Assembly (NCBI GenBank): GCA_947598485.1 | Contig: CANQFJ010000003.1 | Coordinates: 7,754-71,753 of the forward strand | From: an uncultured Bacilli bacterium | Lineage (GTDB): Bacteria; Bacillota_I; Bacilli_A; RF39; UBA660 | Reading direction: 5' to 3' | DNA length: 64,000 bases | Part shown: piece by piece, positions 17,871 through 26,959 of the stretch | How positions within the stretch are numbered: the first letter of the stretch is position 1 | How the letters are laid out: the number at the start of each line of letters is the position of its first letter | Notes under the pieces: generated by a model | Told to the model about the DNA's origin: nothing | Databases searched by the model: none | The model's input: only the letters and a program-made list of their open reading frames with translations | Translations under genes and position numbers: made by a program

Positions 17871-18800
17871 TTATAGAAAAAGGTCATCATCTGGATATGT
17901 ATAAGTAATTTGAACTCCAGAAGACGCATCATAACTACTTTTAATGCTACTATCAAAGCGTACAACACTGCCAAATCCACTATAATGAATGTCATACTTT
18001 TTAGATTGAGTTAATGTTACATCCTTAACTGCATGTTGATAAGTTCCATAAACTAGAAATCCTTTTACATTTCGAGCAAAATAGATTGTCATTTCATTTT
18101 CTAAACTAGTTTGAGTAGAATTTACAATATTTTGAGATAGACCAATCCCTTCATCTCCATCAAGTTCATTATCAGTGCCAAAGTCAAAATTAAAATTATC
18201 TTTTCCTGTGGTACTATTATATGCTATTAATTGATTGTCATATGCTTGATATCCACTATATTGTCCATCTATAAACTTTGTATAAAAATTGCTTCCTCCA
18301 GGTCTAATTGCTAATACATCAAACGACTTAACAGAAGGGATAGATTTCCACTTATTATTGAGTGTAACAATCCTTGTTTCACCACCATTCGACCTAACTT
18401 TAATAGTAAGAATTCTCCCATTAATTTCTGCTGAAACTGACCCTGCATTAGGTAAATATAAATTATTGTCTAATTTTTCAAATTCTTCTTTTGTTACTTC
18501 TAAATTTGATGATTGAATTAATTCTCCAGCTTTATTGTAATAACTAATTGTTTTAATATACTTTATTTCTTCTTGTGTATGAAAGTCTTTTACATTTTTA
18601 ATTTCATCAATCTGATAAGGAGTCATTGTCGCTACTGTATTATAACCAAACTCTTTTACCAATCTATCATACTGTTCTTTATTTAATGTCGCTCCATTCA
18701 TATTTGTATAATAGGCCTCGTCAGCACTAACAAATGGTACAAATAATGTAATAGATGCTATAATAGTTACAATAGTTTTTAAAAATTTTTTACTTCTCAT
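17871..18800 (-). CDS. secreted protein, paralog A (309 aa), unknown function
   Basis: Signal peptide (..FVPFVSADEAYY). Shares an N-terminal YY.N.NG....E(E/Q)Y module and a C-terminal YQHA.K...L..S....(F/Y)..GFG module with 18948-19685. Confidence 0.55.
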   Translation of the reverse strand: MRSKKFLKTIVTIIASITLFVPFVSADEAYYTNMNGATLNKEQYDRLVKEFGYNTVATMTPYQIDEIKNVKDFHTQEEIKYIKTISYYNKAGELIQSSNLEVTKEEFEKLDNNLYLPNAGSVSAEINGRILTIKVRSNGGETRIVTLNNKWKSIPSVKSFDVLAIRPGGSNFYTKFIDGQYSGYQAYDNQLIAYNSTTGKDNFNFDFGTDNELDGDEGIGLSQNIVNSTQTSLENEMTIYFARNVKGFLVYGTYQHAVKDVTLTQSKKYDIHYSGFGSVVRFDSSIKSSYDASSGVQITYTYPDDDLFL

Positions 18801-18947
18801 TCTTTACCTCTTTCTTTACTTTTTTAGTTTTGACATTTTCCATGATGGATTGTTGTTTTAACCTACAACAATTATTTAAATTTTAAACAAAAATCCAACT
18901 ATTAACCCATATAATAACCTCCATAATATCTATAATCAAACAAATGA

Positions 18948-19685
18948 TTACCCCAATATTAAATAAACGCCTGGCATATTATCGTAATAAGCCCCAACGC
19001 CATTATAAAAGCCAAATACAGCACCATATCCATTAGTAGAAAAATTAAACATGTTACTTTCTTCTAAACTTATGTTTTTTGTTGCATGTTGATAACTTGC
19101 TATTACTTTTCCTTCATTAGCAACAATAAACTTTTCAACAACTTTAATGTTTCCTCCTGATGATGGTAATTTATAAGTAGACGAAAATGCATTAGACTGT
19201 CGCTTGTAACTTACAGGCATGGAATGATTGTTTTCATATGAAAGTACAGAATTATTTCTTTCTAATAAAGTTCCTCCTAAAATAAGAGAACCTATCAAAT
19301 CGTAACTTCTTGTATTTGGATCAATAAACCAATCTAAGGTTATTGACATAATGCATTCATTAGCACCACAAGAAGATGATAATTTAATATTCTTTTTATT
19401 TCCTTGATAATTAGCATCTGTTATTGGCATTATAAAGTTTTTACTACTATCGACAATCTGAATTTTACCATTCATTATATTGGAATCAATAAATTCTTTA
19501 TAGTCATCTAGATTCATATAATCTTGATAGCCGTCAAAGTAAAAATCACTGATAAAATTATATTCTTCTTTTGTGAATTCAACTCCATTATCATTTTTAT
19601 AATATATTTCTCTTTCTTCAGCGCTAGCAATATCGGTTTCAAATGCTAAAAAAATAAATAATATAACCAATAATATTTTTTTCAT
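18948..19685 (-). CDS. secreted protein, paralog B (245 aa), unknown function
   Basis: Signal peptide (..ETDIASAEEREIYY). Paralogous to 17871-18800. Confidence 0.55.
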   Translation of the reverse strand: MKKILLVILFIFLAFETDIASAEEREIYYKNDNGVEFTKEEYNFISDFYFDGYQDYMNLDDYKEFIDSNIMNGKIQIVDSSKNFIMPITDANYQGNKKNIKLSSSCGANECIMSITLDWFIDPNTRSYDLIGSLILGGTLLERNNSVLSYENNHSMPVSYKRQSNAFSSTYKLPSSGGNIKVVEKFIVANEGKVIASYQHATKNISLEESNMFNFSTNGYGAVFGFYNGVGAYYDNMPGVYLILG

Positions 19686-19737
19686 TTTCTTACTCCTTTC
19701 AAATAAAAAGTATCACATAAGTATCATAAAGTAACGC

Positions 19738-19762
19738 GAAAAAAAACGAGAAAAATTTCTCG
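19738..19762 (-). terminator. Rho-independent terminator after the membrane-bound XRE regulator gene
   Basis: In minus orientation, the CGAGAAATTTTTCTCG hairpin is followed by a T8 run. Confidence 0.6.
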
Positions 19763-19779
19763 CAGTTCTTCGCATAAAG

Positions 19780-20901
19780 CTATAAGCTTAAAATATAGTC
19801 TAATATTTCGTTAAATAATTTAAAATCTTTTTCGTAGTCTTCACAATCATAACCATCCATACAAATATTATCTGTTAAATTGTAATAATAAATTTCTTTA
19901 TCGTGCTTAGATATTGTAGATTGCGTCTTAGAAAAATTTTCAATATTAAAAATCATATAACTCAAATCTATCGATTTATTATTATCATTGTAAATGATAT
20001 CAAATATTTCTCCATTATCATATATACTGTATTTTTTACCTTTATAATCAATAGTTATTGAATTGTTATTTTCAAGTTCCATTATCTTATTAGAAACATT
20101 TTTTATTTTTTGTCGCAGTTCAGAATCTTTTACTTCCTCTTCCTTTTTAGGCTTGCCTTCTTTTTCAGAGGTTAATTTCTTGCTAAATAACTTGTTATTT
20201 TCATAACGTTTATCAAAAACTAAATTTCCACTTATTGACGATTCATCAACAAAAGTTACTTCCATATATAAATTTCTTATAATATAATCAATATTATCAA
20301 AATCAAAGTATTCATTATATCCATAATAATCTTCAAATTTAAGTTTATCTTTCATTTTTGTTTCGACTATATATTCTTTTTCATCTTTAGTATTAAAATA
20401 ATATAATTTAAGATACTCTATTTTACTTTCATCAATTTTAAATATAGGTTTTATATAAAAATATAAATTATCATTAGTAAGTAGCATATATCCATCTTCA
20501 ATAGTAAAGAATTCATTCTCATCACGTAAATAAATATTATAATACTTGGTAGATTTATAATTATGGATAAAATAATAAGTCATAAAAGCTGCATATATTA
20601 ATAATAATATAAATAAAAAGATAAATATTTTTTTATATGTATTTTTAAAGAACAATTTTATTTTATTCTTTATAAAATATCTTTTATTTCCTGCGTATAA
20701 TATAACTTCAGGACTAACATTAAATACCCTTCCTAAATTATCAATATCTTCCTTACTACTTATATGAGAGCCAAGCTCCCATTTCGAAATAGCATGTCTA
20801 GAAACATTAATTTTACTGGCTAGCTCTTCTTGGCTCATGTTGGCTTTTTCACGAAGGTTTCTAATATATAGACCTATTTGTTTATCTTTTTCATCTTTCA
20901 T
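19780..20901 (-). CDS. membrane-anchored XRE-family HTH regulator with a large extracytoplasmic domain
   Basis: N-terminal IGLYIRNLREKANMSQEELASKINVSRHAISKWELG (HTH_3). One TM helix (IFIFLFILLLIYAAFMTYYFI), then about 260 aa on the outside. The ATG at 20899-20901 is preferred over the track's TTG. Confidence 0.65.
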   Translation of the reverse strand: MKDEKDKQIGLYIRNLREKANMSQEELASKINVSRHAISKWELGSHISSKEDIDNLGRVFNVSPEVILYAGNKRYFIKNKIKLFFKNTYKKIFIFLFILLLIYAAFMTYYFIHNYKSTKYYNIYLRDENEFFTIEDGYMLLTNDNLYFYIKPIFKIDESKIEYLKLYYFNTKDEKEYIVETKMKDKLKFEDYYGYNEYFDFDNIDYIIRNLYMEVTFVDESSISGNLVFDKRYENNKLFSKKLTSEKEGKPKKEEEVKDSELRQKIKNVSNKIMELENNNSITIDYKGKKYSIYDNGEIFDIIYNDNNKSIDLSYMIFNIENFSKTQSTISKHDKEIYYYNLTDNICMDGYDCEDYEKDFKLFNEILDYILSL

Positions 20902-20928
20902 AATAACCACTTGCAATATATTTTAGCA

Positions 20929-20960
20929 TAAAAAAATATAGAGTAACAATACCCTATATT
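20929..20960 (-). terminator. terminator after the coupling-protein gene
   Basis: 7-bp stem AATATAG / CTATATT (20935-20941 / 20954-20960), followed in minus orientation by TTTTT. Confidence 0.5.
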
Positions 20961-23303
20961 CTATTCATCATCAAAGAAATCATCATAAAATTCATCATCA
21001 GTTACTAAATTATCATTTACTATAATGCTATCTTTATCAACATTAATCTTTGGTTTAGATATATCATCCATTTTTATTTCTTGAGTCAAATCAAGAGAAT
21101 CTTCCTTATTATCCTTTTCTTCATTCACAGGACTTGCCAATTCTAAATCATCATTCTTATCTTCTCTAACAGGTTTAAAATCTGAAGTTCCCTTTGGCTC
21201 AGGAGTCTTTGCTTCAGCTTGTTTAGCCTTTTCTTTTTCTAAAGCTTCTTCAGCATCAAGTTGAGCCAATTTCTTTTCAATATTTTTTACCATATCGTCA
21301 ATATCTTTGTTTGTTAAATTAGCATATGGGTTCAAACTAGGATCACTATTTGCAAAAGGATTAGCAGTAGGACTAGGGTTAGAGTTTAAAAATGGATTTG
21401 GCGTAGAACTAGTTGTTGGAGTAAATGGAGTTGCATTACTATTACCACTTATAAAAGGATTCACTGGTGCTGGTTTTGCTATATCTTGAGCAAAGGGATT
21501 TCTGGGAGGATTATTTTGTAAAAAAGGATTATACCCTGGTTGTAAGAAAGGATTAGCTCCTGGGCCTTTCATACCAGGATTGTTTAATGCTTCATCCTTC
21601 ATTTTATCATTAACAAAAGCTTTAATATCAAAAATTTGAATAGGTTTAGTCTCTCTACTTGGCAAAGTAGCTTTACCATATTTTACTCCCCAGTCAATTT
21701 TAAAATCAGGAGTAAGTTGGGTCTTAAATGGATTTTTACGCCATCTAATGATAATGGCTTGGAATAATTTTAATTTTTGTAGATCAGATACCGTAATAAG
21801 TGGAGTTGAGGCGGTTTTATCGTCTTTCTTAGACTTAACTTCTCCACACATTTTACTAATTTCTTCCAAAGCTTTAAGTTCTGTTGAAATTAAGTATATT
21901 AAATTACCACAGTTACCTTTAATAACTTGAGCAACCTCTTCACCATAAACATCATTTAATTGAGCAAAGTTTTGAATGATAAAAGTAAATCTTATATCCC
22001 TACTACGGGCAGCAGTAACCATTGAGTCAACATCCTTAAGGGGAGGCATGTTAGGGAACTCATCAAGAATAAAGTTTGTACGATATTCAAGTTTACCACC
22101 ATTTTTTTGGGCACAATCAATTAAAGTTTCATAACATTGTTTAACAAAGATTGTCATTAAGCCATGATATGTCTTCTTTTCATCATGAATAATCATAAAT
22201 ACAGCGGTTTTCTTCTTACCAATATCCCGCATATCAAAATCAGAATGAGAAAGCATTTCACTTAGTGTCTCTCTGGTAGAAAATAGTCTTATTTTTTGTC
22301 TAAAAGTAGATAAAATACCACCTTTAGTATCATTTGGTGCATTAATTGTATTTGAAGCATAAATATAAGGTGATGAGCTTTCCCCTTTTAATTTAAAGTA
22401 CTCTTTAATATAAGGAGTTGTTCCTCTTCTTTCATCACCAACTGTTGACATAATGTTAATACTATTTAAGTTAACTTCTTCTTCCTTGGCATCCATGAAT
22501 AAGCCTAAAGCAAGACCAGAGAAATAGTCGGCCGCACTCTTTTCCCAGAACTCACTATCCTTACCACCATCTTTGTTGTATAAAATATTAAGAGCAACGT
22601 CATCAAGAAGCTCAATACCTTTATCAACATTACCAGATTTATAGTATTGATAAGGAAGACTTAAGGGATTCCAAGCATTACCCTTTTCAGGTTCCCTAAA
22701 ATTAAGAACAATAATATTATATCCTTGGCTTTTTAAATACTCGCCACAATATTCATATATCTCACCCTTAGGGTCCGTAATAACCATACTCTCGCCTTTT
22801 TTAGAAAGCAAGTTAACAAGCGGTTTAACAATACACTCAGTTTTACCTGAACCAGTAGCTCCGATTACGAGGTTATGATATTCTCCATTATCTACCCATA
22901 TTTCATTACCTTTGTTAATAAGAGGAATACCTGCGGCATCTAAAGTTTTATCGGAAGGAACTACTCTAACAATATTCTTATCGGTTTTAATATCTTTATC
23001 ATTTGCCCATTTTGAGTAACCATCACTACCTTTATCGCCAACATGGATACCAAATGAACCTTTATCTTTATTAAAAATATATGATGATACACTAGAAAAG
23101 ATAAGGACTAAAACGGCAACAAATAAGCCAAAAGTATAACCAATGTATTCAAAAGTAAAGGCTCTAAAAGGGCTTAATCCATAAAAAGTACCATCATTAG
23201 AAAAAGAGGCAAAATTTAAAACGGCTATAGCGCAAAAGTATAGTAGTAATAGGCAATATAGACAAAATAAAATTAAATCTTTCTTTGTAACTTTAAAACC
23301 CAT
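20961..23303 (-). CDS. VirD4/TraG-type type IV secretion coupling protein with a long NPF-repeat / acidic C-terminal tail
   Basis: Two N-terminal TM helices. Walker A is VIGATGSGKTE, Walker B-like is NFILDEFPNMP, plus IIQNFAQL. The C-terminal ~200 aa are low-complexity. Confidence 0.85.
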   Translation of the reverse strand: MGFKVTKKDLILFCLYCLLLLYFCAIAVLNFASFSNDGTFYGLSPFRAFTFEYIGYTFGLFVAVLVLIFSSVSSYIFNKDKGSFGIHVGDKGSDGYSKWANDKDIKTDKNIVRVVPSDKTLDAAGIPLINKGNEIWVDNGEYHNLVIGATGSGKTECIVKPLVNLLSKKGESMVITDPKGEIYEYCGEYLKSQGYNIIVLNFREPEKGNAWNPLSLPYQYYKSGNVDKGIELLDDVALNILYNKDGGKDSEFWEKSAADYFSGLALGLFMDAKEEEVNLNSINIMSTVGDERRGTTPYIKEYFKLKGESSSPYIYASNTINAPNDTKGGILSTFRQKIRLFSTRETLSEMLSHSDFDMRDIGKKKTAVFMIIHDEKKTYHGLMTIFVKQCYETLIDCAQKNGGKLEYRTNFILDEFPNMPPLKDVDSMVTAARSRDIRFTFIIQNFAQLNDVYGEEVAQVIKGNCGNLIYLISTELKALEEISKMCGEVKSKKDDKTASTPLITVSDLQKLKLFQAIIIRWRKNPFKTQLTPDFKIDWGVKYGKATLPSRETKPIQIFDIKAFVNDKMKDEALNNPGMKGPGANPFLQPGYNPFLQNNPPRNPFAQDIAKPAPVNPFISGNSNATPFTPTTSSTPNPFLNSNPSPTANPFANSDPSLNPYANLTNKDIDDMVKNIEKKLAQLDAEEALEKEKAKQAEAKTPEPKGTSDFKPVREDKNDDLELASPVNEEKDNKEDSLDLTQEIKMDDISKPKINVDKDSIIVNDNLVTDDEFYDDFFDDE

Positions 23304-23367
23304 GGCCTCTCCTTTTTAACTGTTCTTATTATACTACAATTATTTCATTACTACTACAAAAAAACAC

Positions 23368-23390
23368 AAAAAAAGCCATAAATTATGGCT
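23368..23390 (-). terminator. hairpin plus T-run inside the T4SS cluster, directly upstream of the coupling-protein gene
   Basis: AGCCATAA-a-TTATGGCT palindrome (23374-23390), followed in minus orientation by a T7 run. It abuts the stop codon of the 328-aa gene. Confidence 0.5.
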
Positions 23391-24376
23391 CATGCAAGAG
23401 TAACTTTAAAGTTCATTATTGTTTTCTCTTCAAAAATTATTTCAATATCATTATACATAATTACCGAATAGGTTCGTCGGCCATTCTCTCCTTTAGTACC
23501 ATAACTTTTAATTCGCGAAGTTATATTGTTATAGATACTATCTAAATTATCAGAAAAATCTTCTAAAGTAGGATATTTAGCTTTGGAATCATCTGATAAC
23601 ATGTCATATGCTTTTGGAGTATTTAAATATAACATATTTTGAAAATATCTTATGTAATTAATGCTAATTATCTCATCATTATAGGTTTGTTCATTATAGT
23701 CATTATTTTCATTTCTTTTTAACCTCTTAGATGGACTTACCATATAGTTTTGCGCAAAAGTAAATAAATCTCCATCATTAGCTATAGGTAAAACACTAAA
23801 GCAATCATTATTAAAATCTATAATAACTAAAATACTAATATTTTCTACTTCATGAAGCATTTCCTCAGCAAAGTCATAGTTTTGTAGTTCCCCATTTACA
23901 AAATAATATCTAACAGCATTAGAGCCTTTACGATACATAGTTTTGGCATAAAAAGTAATCTCATCATATTTACTATTAACATATTGGGTTAAATTATCAA
24001 TAGTAATATCATTTTTGGCTATATAATCGGGATCAAAAACATTAAGAATACTCTTGCTATTTTTATTTGCTACTAAGGTATAAAAAGTATTCAAAATATT
24101 ATTGACGTTAAAAAACTCGGTATAGTCAGTAACGGCCTCTAAAGAAAGTTTTTCATTAGATTTTACAGGAAGACTTGTAATATCACTAATATTTACATTT
24201 GTATTTGATGAACTGCTATTAGAATGGGTATTATTACTACTACTTACACTATTGTTATTAGCACTACCTAGGCCAAAGCCCTCTTCACGAGATATATTAA
24301 AATATACAAAAATTAAAGCTCCTAAAACAATAGCAATAACAATTAAAATAAATATATATAATTTATCGTTTTTCAT
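23390..24376 (-). CDS. bitopic membrane protein, candidate VirB8/TcpC-like T4SS component
   Basis: N-terminal TM helix, an Asn/Ser-rich linker and a globular region of about 250 aa. The call rests on position between the hydrolase and T4CP genes and on topology only. Confidence 0.35.
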   Translation of the reverse strand: MKNDKLYIFILIVIAIVLGALIFVYFNISREEGFGLGSANNNSVSSSNNTHSNSSSSNTNVNISDITSLPVKSNEKLSLEAVTDYTEFFNVNNILNTFYTLVANKNSKSILNVFDPDYIAKNDITIDNLTQYVNSKYDEITFYAKTMYRKGSNAVRYYFVNGELQNYDFAEEMLHEVENISILVIIDFNNDCFSVLPIANDGDLFTFAQNYMVSPSKRLKRNENNDYNEQTYNDEIISINYIRYFQNMLYLNTPKAYDMLSDDSKAKYPTLEDFSDNLDSIYNNITSRIKSYGTKGENGRRTYSVIMYNDIEIIFEEKTIMNFKVTLA

Positions 24377-24385
24377 TTTTCCTCC

Positions 24386-26926
24386 TTATTTGCATCCGTT
24401 ACTAGCGTAATTAAAGTATGTTGCACTTTGAGTACTTGCCCTATTTGGACATCCTTGAAAGCGATTGGCAGGTCTTTCAAAGTTAAGACAGAAGTATGAA
24501 GTCATGTCATATGCAGAGGCATTGGATAATAGATTACTATAAACATCTTTATAACTTGTCTTAAGTTCATATATTAGAAAATCTACTTGGCAATCAATAT
24601 CATTAACTCGACTTCCACAATGATTACGTAGATTAGTATATCTGCCATTATGCCATTGAAATAAGCCATAACTAGTGCCATGATCACCTGAAGCCGTTGG
24701 GCTAAATCTACTTTCATAATACATGTTAGACATTAATGCCGAAACAGCATTATTAGAAAAACCTGTATTTTTTAAAGTTAAACATACTGATTGGGCATTA
24801 CTTGAACCATTTACACCAACTACAGTAGTTATTTGTTTAGGTCTTTGATTTTGAGCATTTACATAGTCGGTAGGATTGACCGTTTGATTAGAAACTCTTA
24901 TTTCAAAATGAAGATGATTTCCAGTTGAAGATCCTGTAGTACCAACTTTACCTATCATTTGGCCTTGAACTACTGACTGACCAACACTTACAGCAATACT
25001 ATTATTAAGCATATGGGCATATCTTGATGAGCTTCCATCACCATGATCTATTTCAACATAATTGCCATAACTACTATTATAAGTTGCTATTTTAACTGTT
25101 CCAGATCGAGTAGCAATAATTGGTGTTCCTTCCGAAGCAGGAATATCAATACCAGAGTGAAAAGACATTTGCCCTGTTATGGGATGAATTCTAGAACCAT
25201 ACGATGATGAAATACTAGTCCAAGAAGTAGTTCCACTGTATAAGCCAGCATTATCTTTACTGCCCCCTATTGGCCACCAATAAGTAGGGTTACCAGAATA
25301 GGTATAAGACATAGCGTAATTTTCCAAGTTATATATCTTATAATTGTTATAATCAGATATTTCTTTTATGATAGTTTCATAATTTTTACTATCTTTAGCT
25401 TTAGTAATCATATTTTGTCTAATAGTTTGATTATATGGAGGATTACTAAAGTTATAATTAGTAAGTATTTGATTAAAAGAGCTAGGAACTAAAACTAGAT
25501 ATTTAGTCTTACTATATGCCTCGTTAAGAGCTTGTAAAACATCTGCACTTGCCGCGGGTATAGATCCCGTTTTATTACCTTTAAAAGCCCCACTATAAGT
25601 ACTAACAACATACGTACTTAAGCCATTACTATTAATCCTATCACAACCATAGGTAATATCACAATATGGGACTCCTTTATCACCACTTTGAATTTCTATT
25701 TCTTTAGTAGAGCTATCATAACCGCCAATCTTTAAAGCAAGGCCTCGAAAAACTATCATATTAGCAGAAAATGCTTCTACCATTTGTTCTTTGGTTAAAC
25801 CTGATATTGAGCTATATAATTCAGCATATGCTGCTCCCTTGATTAAATCTTCAAAAGATAATTGTTGAAGCTCAATTCGATTTTGAGCATCATTATATGA
25901 GTTAGTTAATGTAATAGTTGTTTTAGTAAAATCATAACGAGTATCGATAGACGATAACTGAGATTGTTGTTCTTCAATTACTCCACCTTCTCCTAAAAGC
26001 AAGGCCATTAGTAAAATAAATAGTAAAGCTAATGCTCCCGCGACCAATAAAACAACTACAAGAGTAGGATGGGTTTTTATTAGATTAGTTAGTTGACCCT
26101 TTTTCTTTTTCTCTTTTTCTTTTTGCTTTTTTTCTTCTTGTTTATTTAACTCATTATTTGCCCTATTATTACCGGCATTACTAGGTGCTGGAGTTTCAGA
26201 CCCAGATGGTTTATTACCACCATTTCCCGCTTCTGGAGCTTTTTGGCCAGGTGATGAAGCATTTTTGGCAGCCTGATTTGGAGTTTCAGATGGCAAAGAT
26301 GTTTGTGGTGATGAAGCTGTTTTCGCAGCATTTGCTCCAGCACCAGCTGCACTAGCACCTGAGGCTCCCTTACCGCCAATCATGCCAATAGCACTATCTG
26401 CTTTATCAACAAGGCCAGAATCATCAGCTTTATTAAGGATTTTTTGCGCTTGCCTTGCCAAAGGGTTAGAATCTAACATTTTAGCAGAGGCATCAGCGAT
26501 TTTATCGTAGGCAGAATCAAGGACACCAGAATTGTTTGCCACATCGGCAACTTTTTCTCCTACTGGTCCACCAAAATAAGCAGCCGCTCCTTTGACGGCT
26601 GTTTTAGCAATTTTTTCATTAGTTCTTTTGGCTCTTTCATGATCTTCGGCATATTTTTGTTTAGTTAGAGCCTCCCAACTCGGAGGGTCAGCCGGCTCTT
26701 GAACTTCTTCCATTAAAGGATCATATTCGCCAAGATTACTTCCATTTGCTCTGTAAGGCGCATTATTATCTAATATAGTTTTAGATGATGAAGGTTTGGA
26801 AACAGGTTCTTGAGCTTTTGTTAACCCAGTTTCTTGTTTTACAGCACTATTTTGAGCAGTATTTGGTTTTATTTCTTTTGCTTCAGTATTATTAACATTT
26901 AAATTTTGCCCATTATTAGAATCCAA
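24386..26926 (-). CDS. T4SS-associated cell-wall hydrolase (VirB1 analogue) with an M23 peptidase domain and a C-terminal lysozyme-like domain
   Basis: M23 motifs HSGIDIPASEGTPIIA ... GNHLHFEIR. The C-terminal GTSYGLFQWHNGR segment resembles phage-tail-lysozyme-type domains. There is a low-complexity Ala/Gly/Ser/Pro N-region and one TM helix. TTG start preceded by a GGTGGTGA Shine-Dalgarno. Confidence 0.8.
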   Translation of the reverse strand: MDSNNGQNLNVNNTEAKEIKPNTAQNSAVKQETGLTKAQEPVSKPSSSKTILDNNAPYRANGSNLGEYDPLMEEVQEPADPPSWEALTKQKYAEDHERAKRTNEKIAKTAVKGAAAYFGGPVGEKVADVANNSGVLDSAYDKIADASAKMLDSNPLARQAQKILNKADDSGLVDKADSAIGMIGGKGASGASAAGAGANAAKTASSPQTSLPSETPNQAAKNASSPGQKAPEAGNGGNKPSGSETPAPSNAGNNRANNELNKQEEKKQKEKEKKKKGQLTNLIKTHPTLVVVLLVAGALALLFILLMALLLGEGGVIEEQQSQLSSIDTRYDFTKTTITLTNSYNDAQNRIELQQLSFEDLIKGAAYAELYSSISGLTKEQMVEAFSANMIVFRGLALKIGGYDSSTKEIEIQSGDKGVPYCDITYGCDRINSNGLSTYVVSTYSGAFKGNKTGSIPAASADVLQALNEAYSKTKYLVLVPSSFNQILTNYNFSNPPYNQTIRQNMITKAKDSKNYETIIKEISDYNNYKIYNLENYAMSYTYSGNPTYWWPIGGSKDNAGLYSGTTSWTSISSSYGSRIHPITGQMSFHSGIDIPASEGTPIIATRSGTVKIATYNSSYGNYVEIDHGDGSSSRYAHMLNNSIAVSVGQSVVQGQMIGKVGTTGSSTGNHLHFEIRVSNQTVNPTDYVNAQNQRPKQITTVVGVNGSSNAQSVCLTLKNTGFSNNAVSALMSNMYYESRFSPTASGDHGTSYGLFQWHNGRYTNLRNHCGSRVNDIDCQVDFLIYELKTSYKDVYSNLLSNASAYDMTSYFCLNFERPANRFQGCPNRASTQSATYFNYASNGCK

Positions 26927-26959
26927 AACACATCACCACCTTACTAATTAAAAGTTAGA

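Noticed and set aside
26146-26379. A 77-aa same-strand alternative-frame ORF inside the hydrolase gene
   Set aside because: It falls in the Ala/Gly/Ser/Pro low-complexity region, where several frames stay open. The 846-aa frame is continuous and carries the conserved domains.
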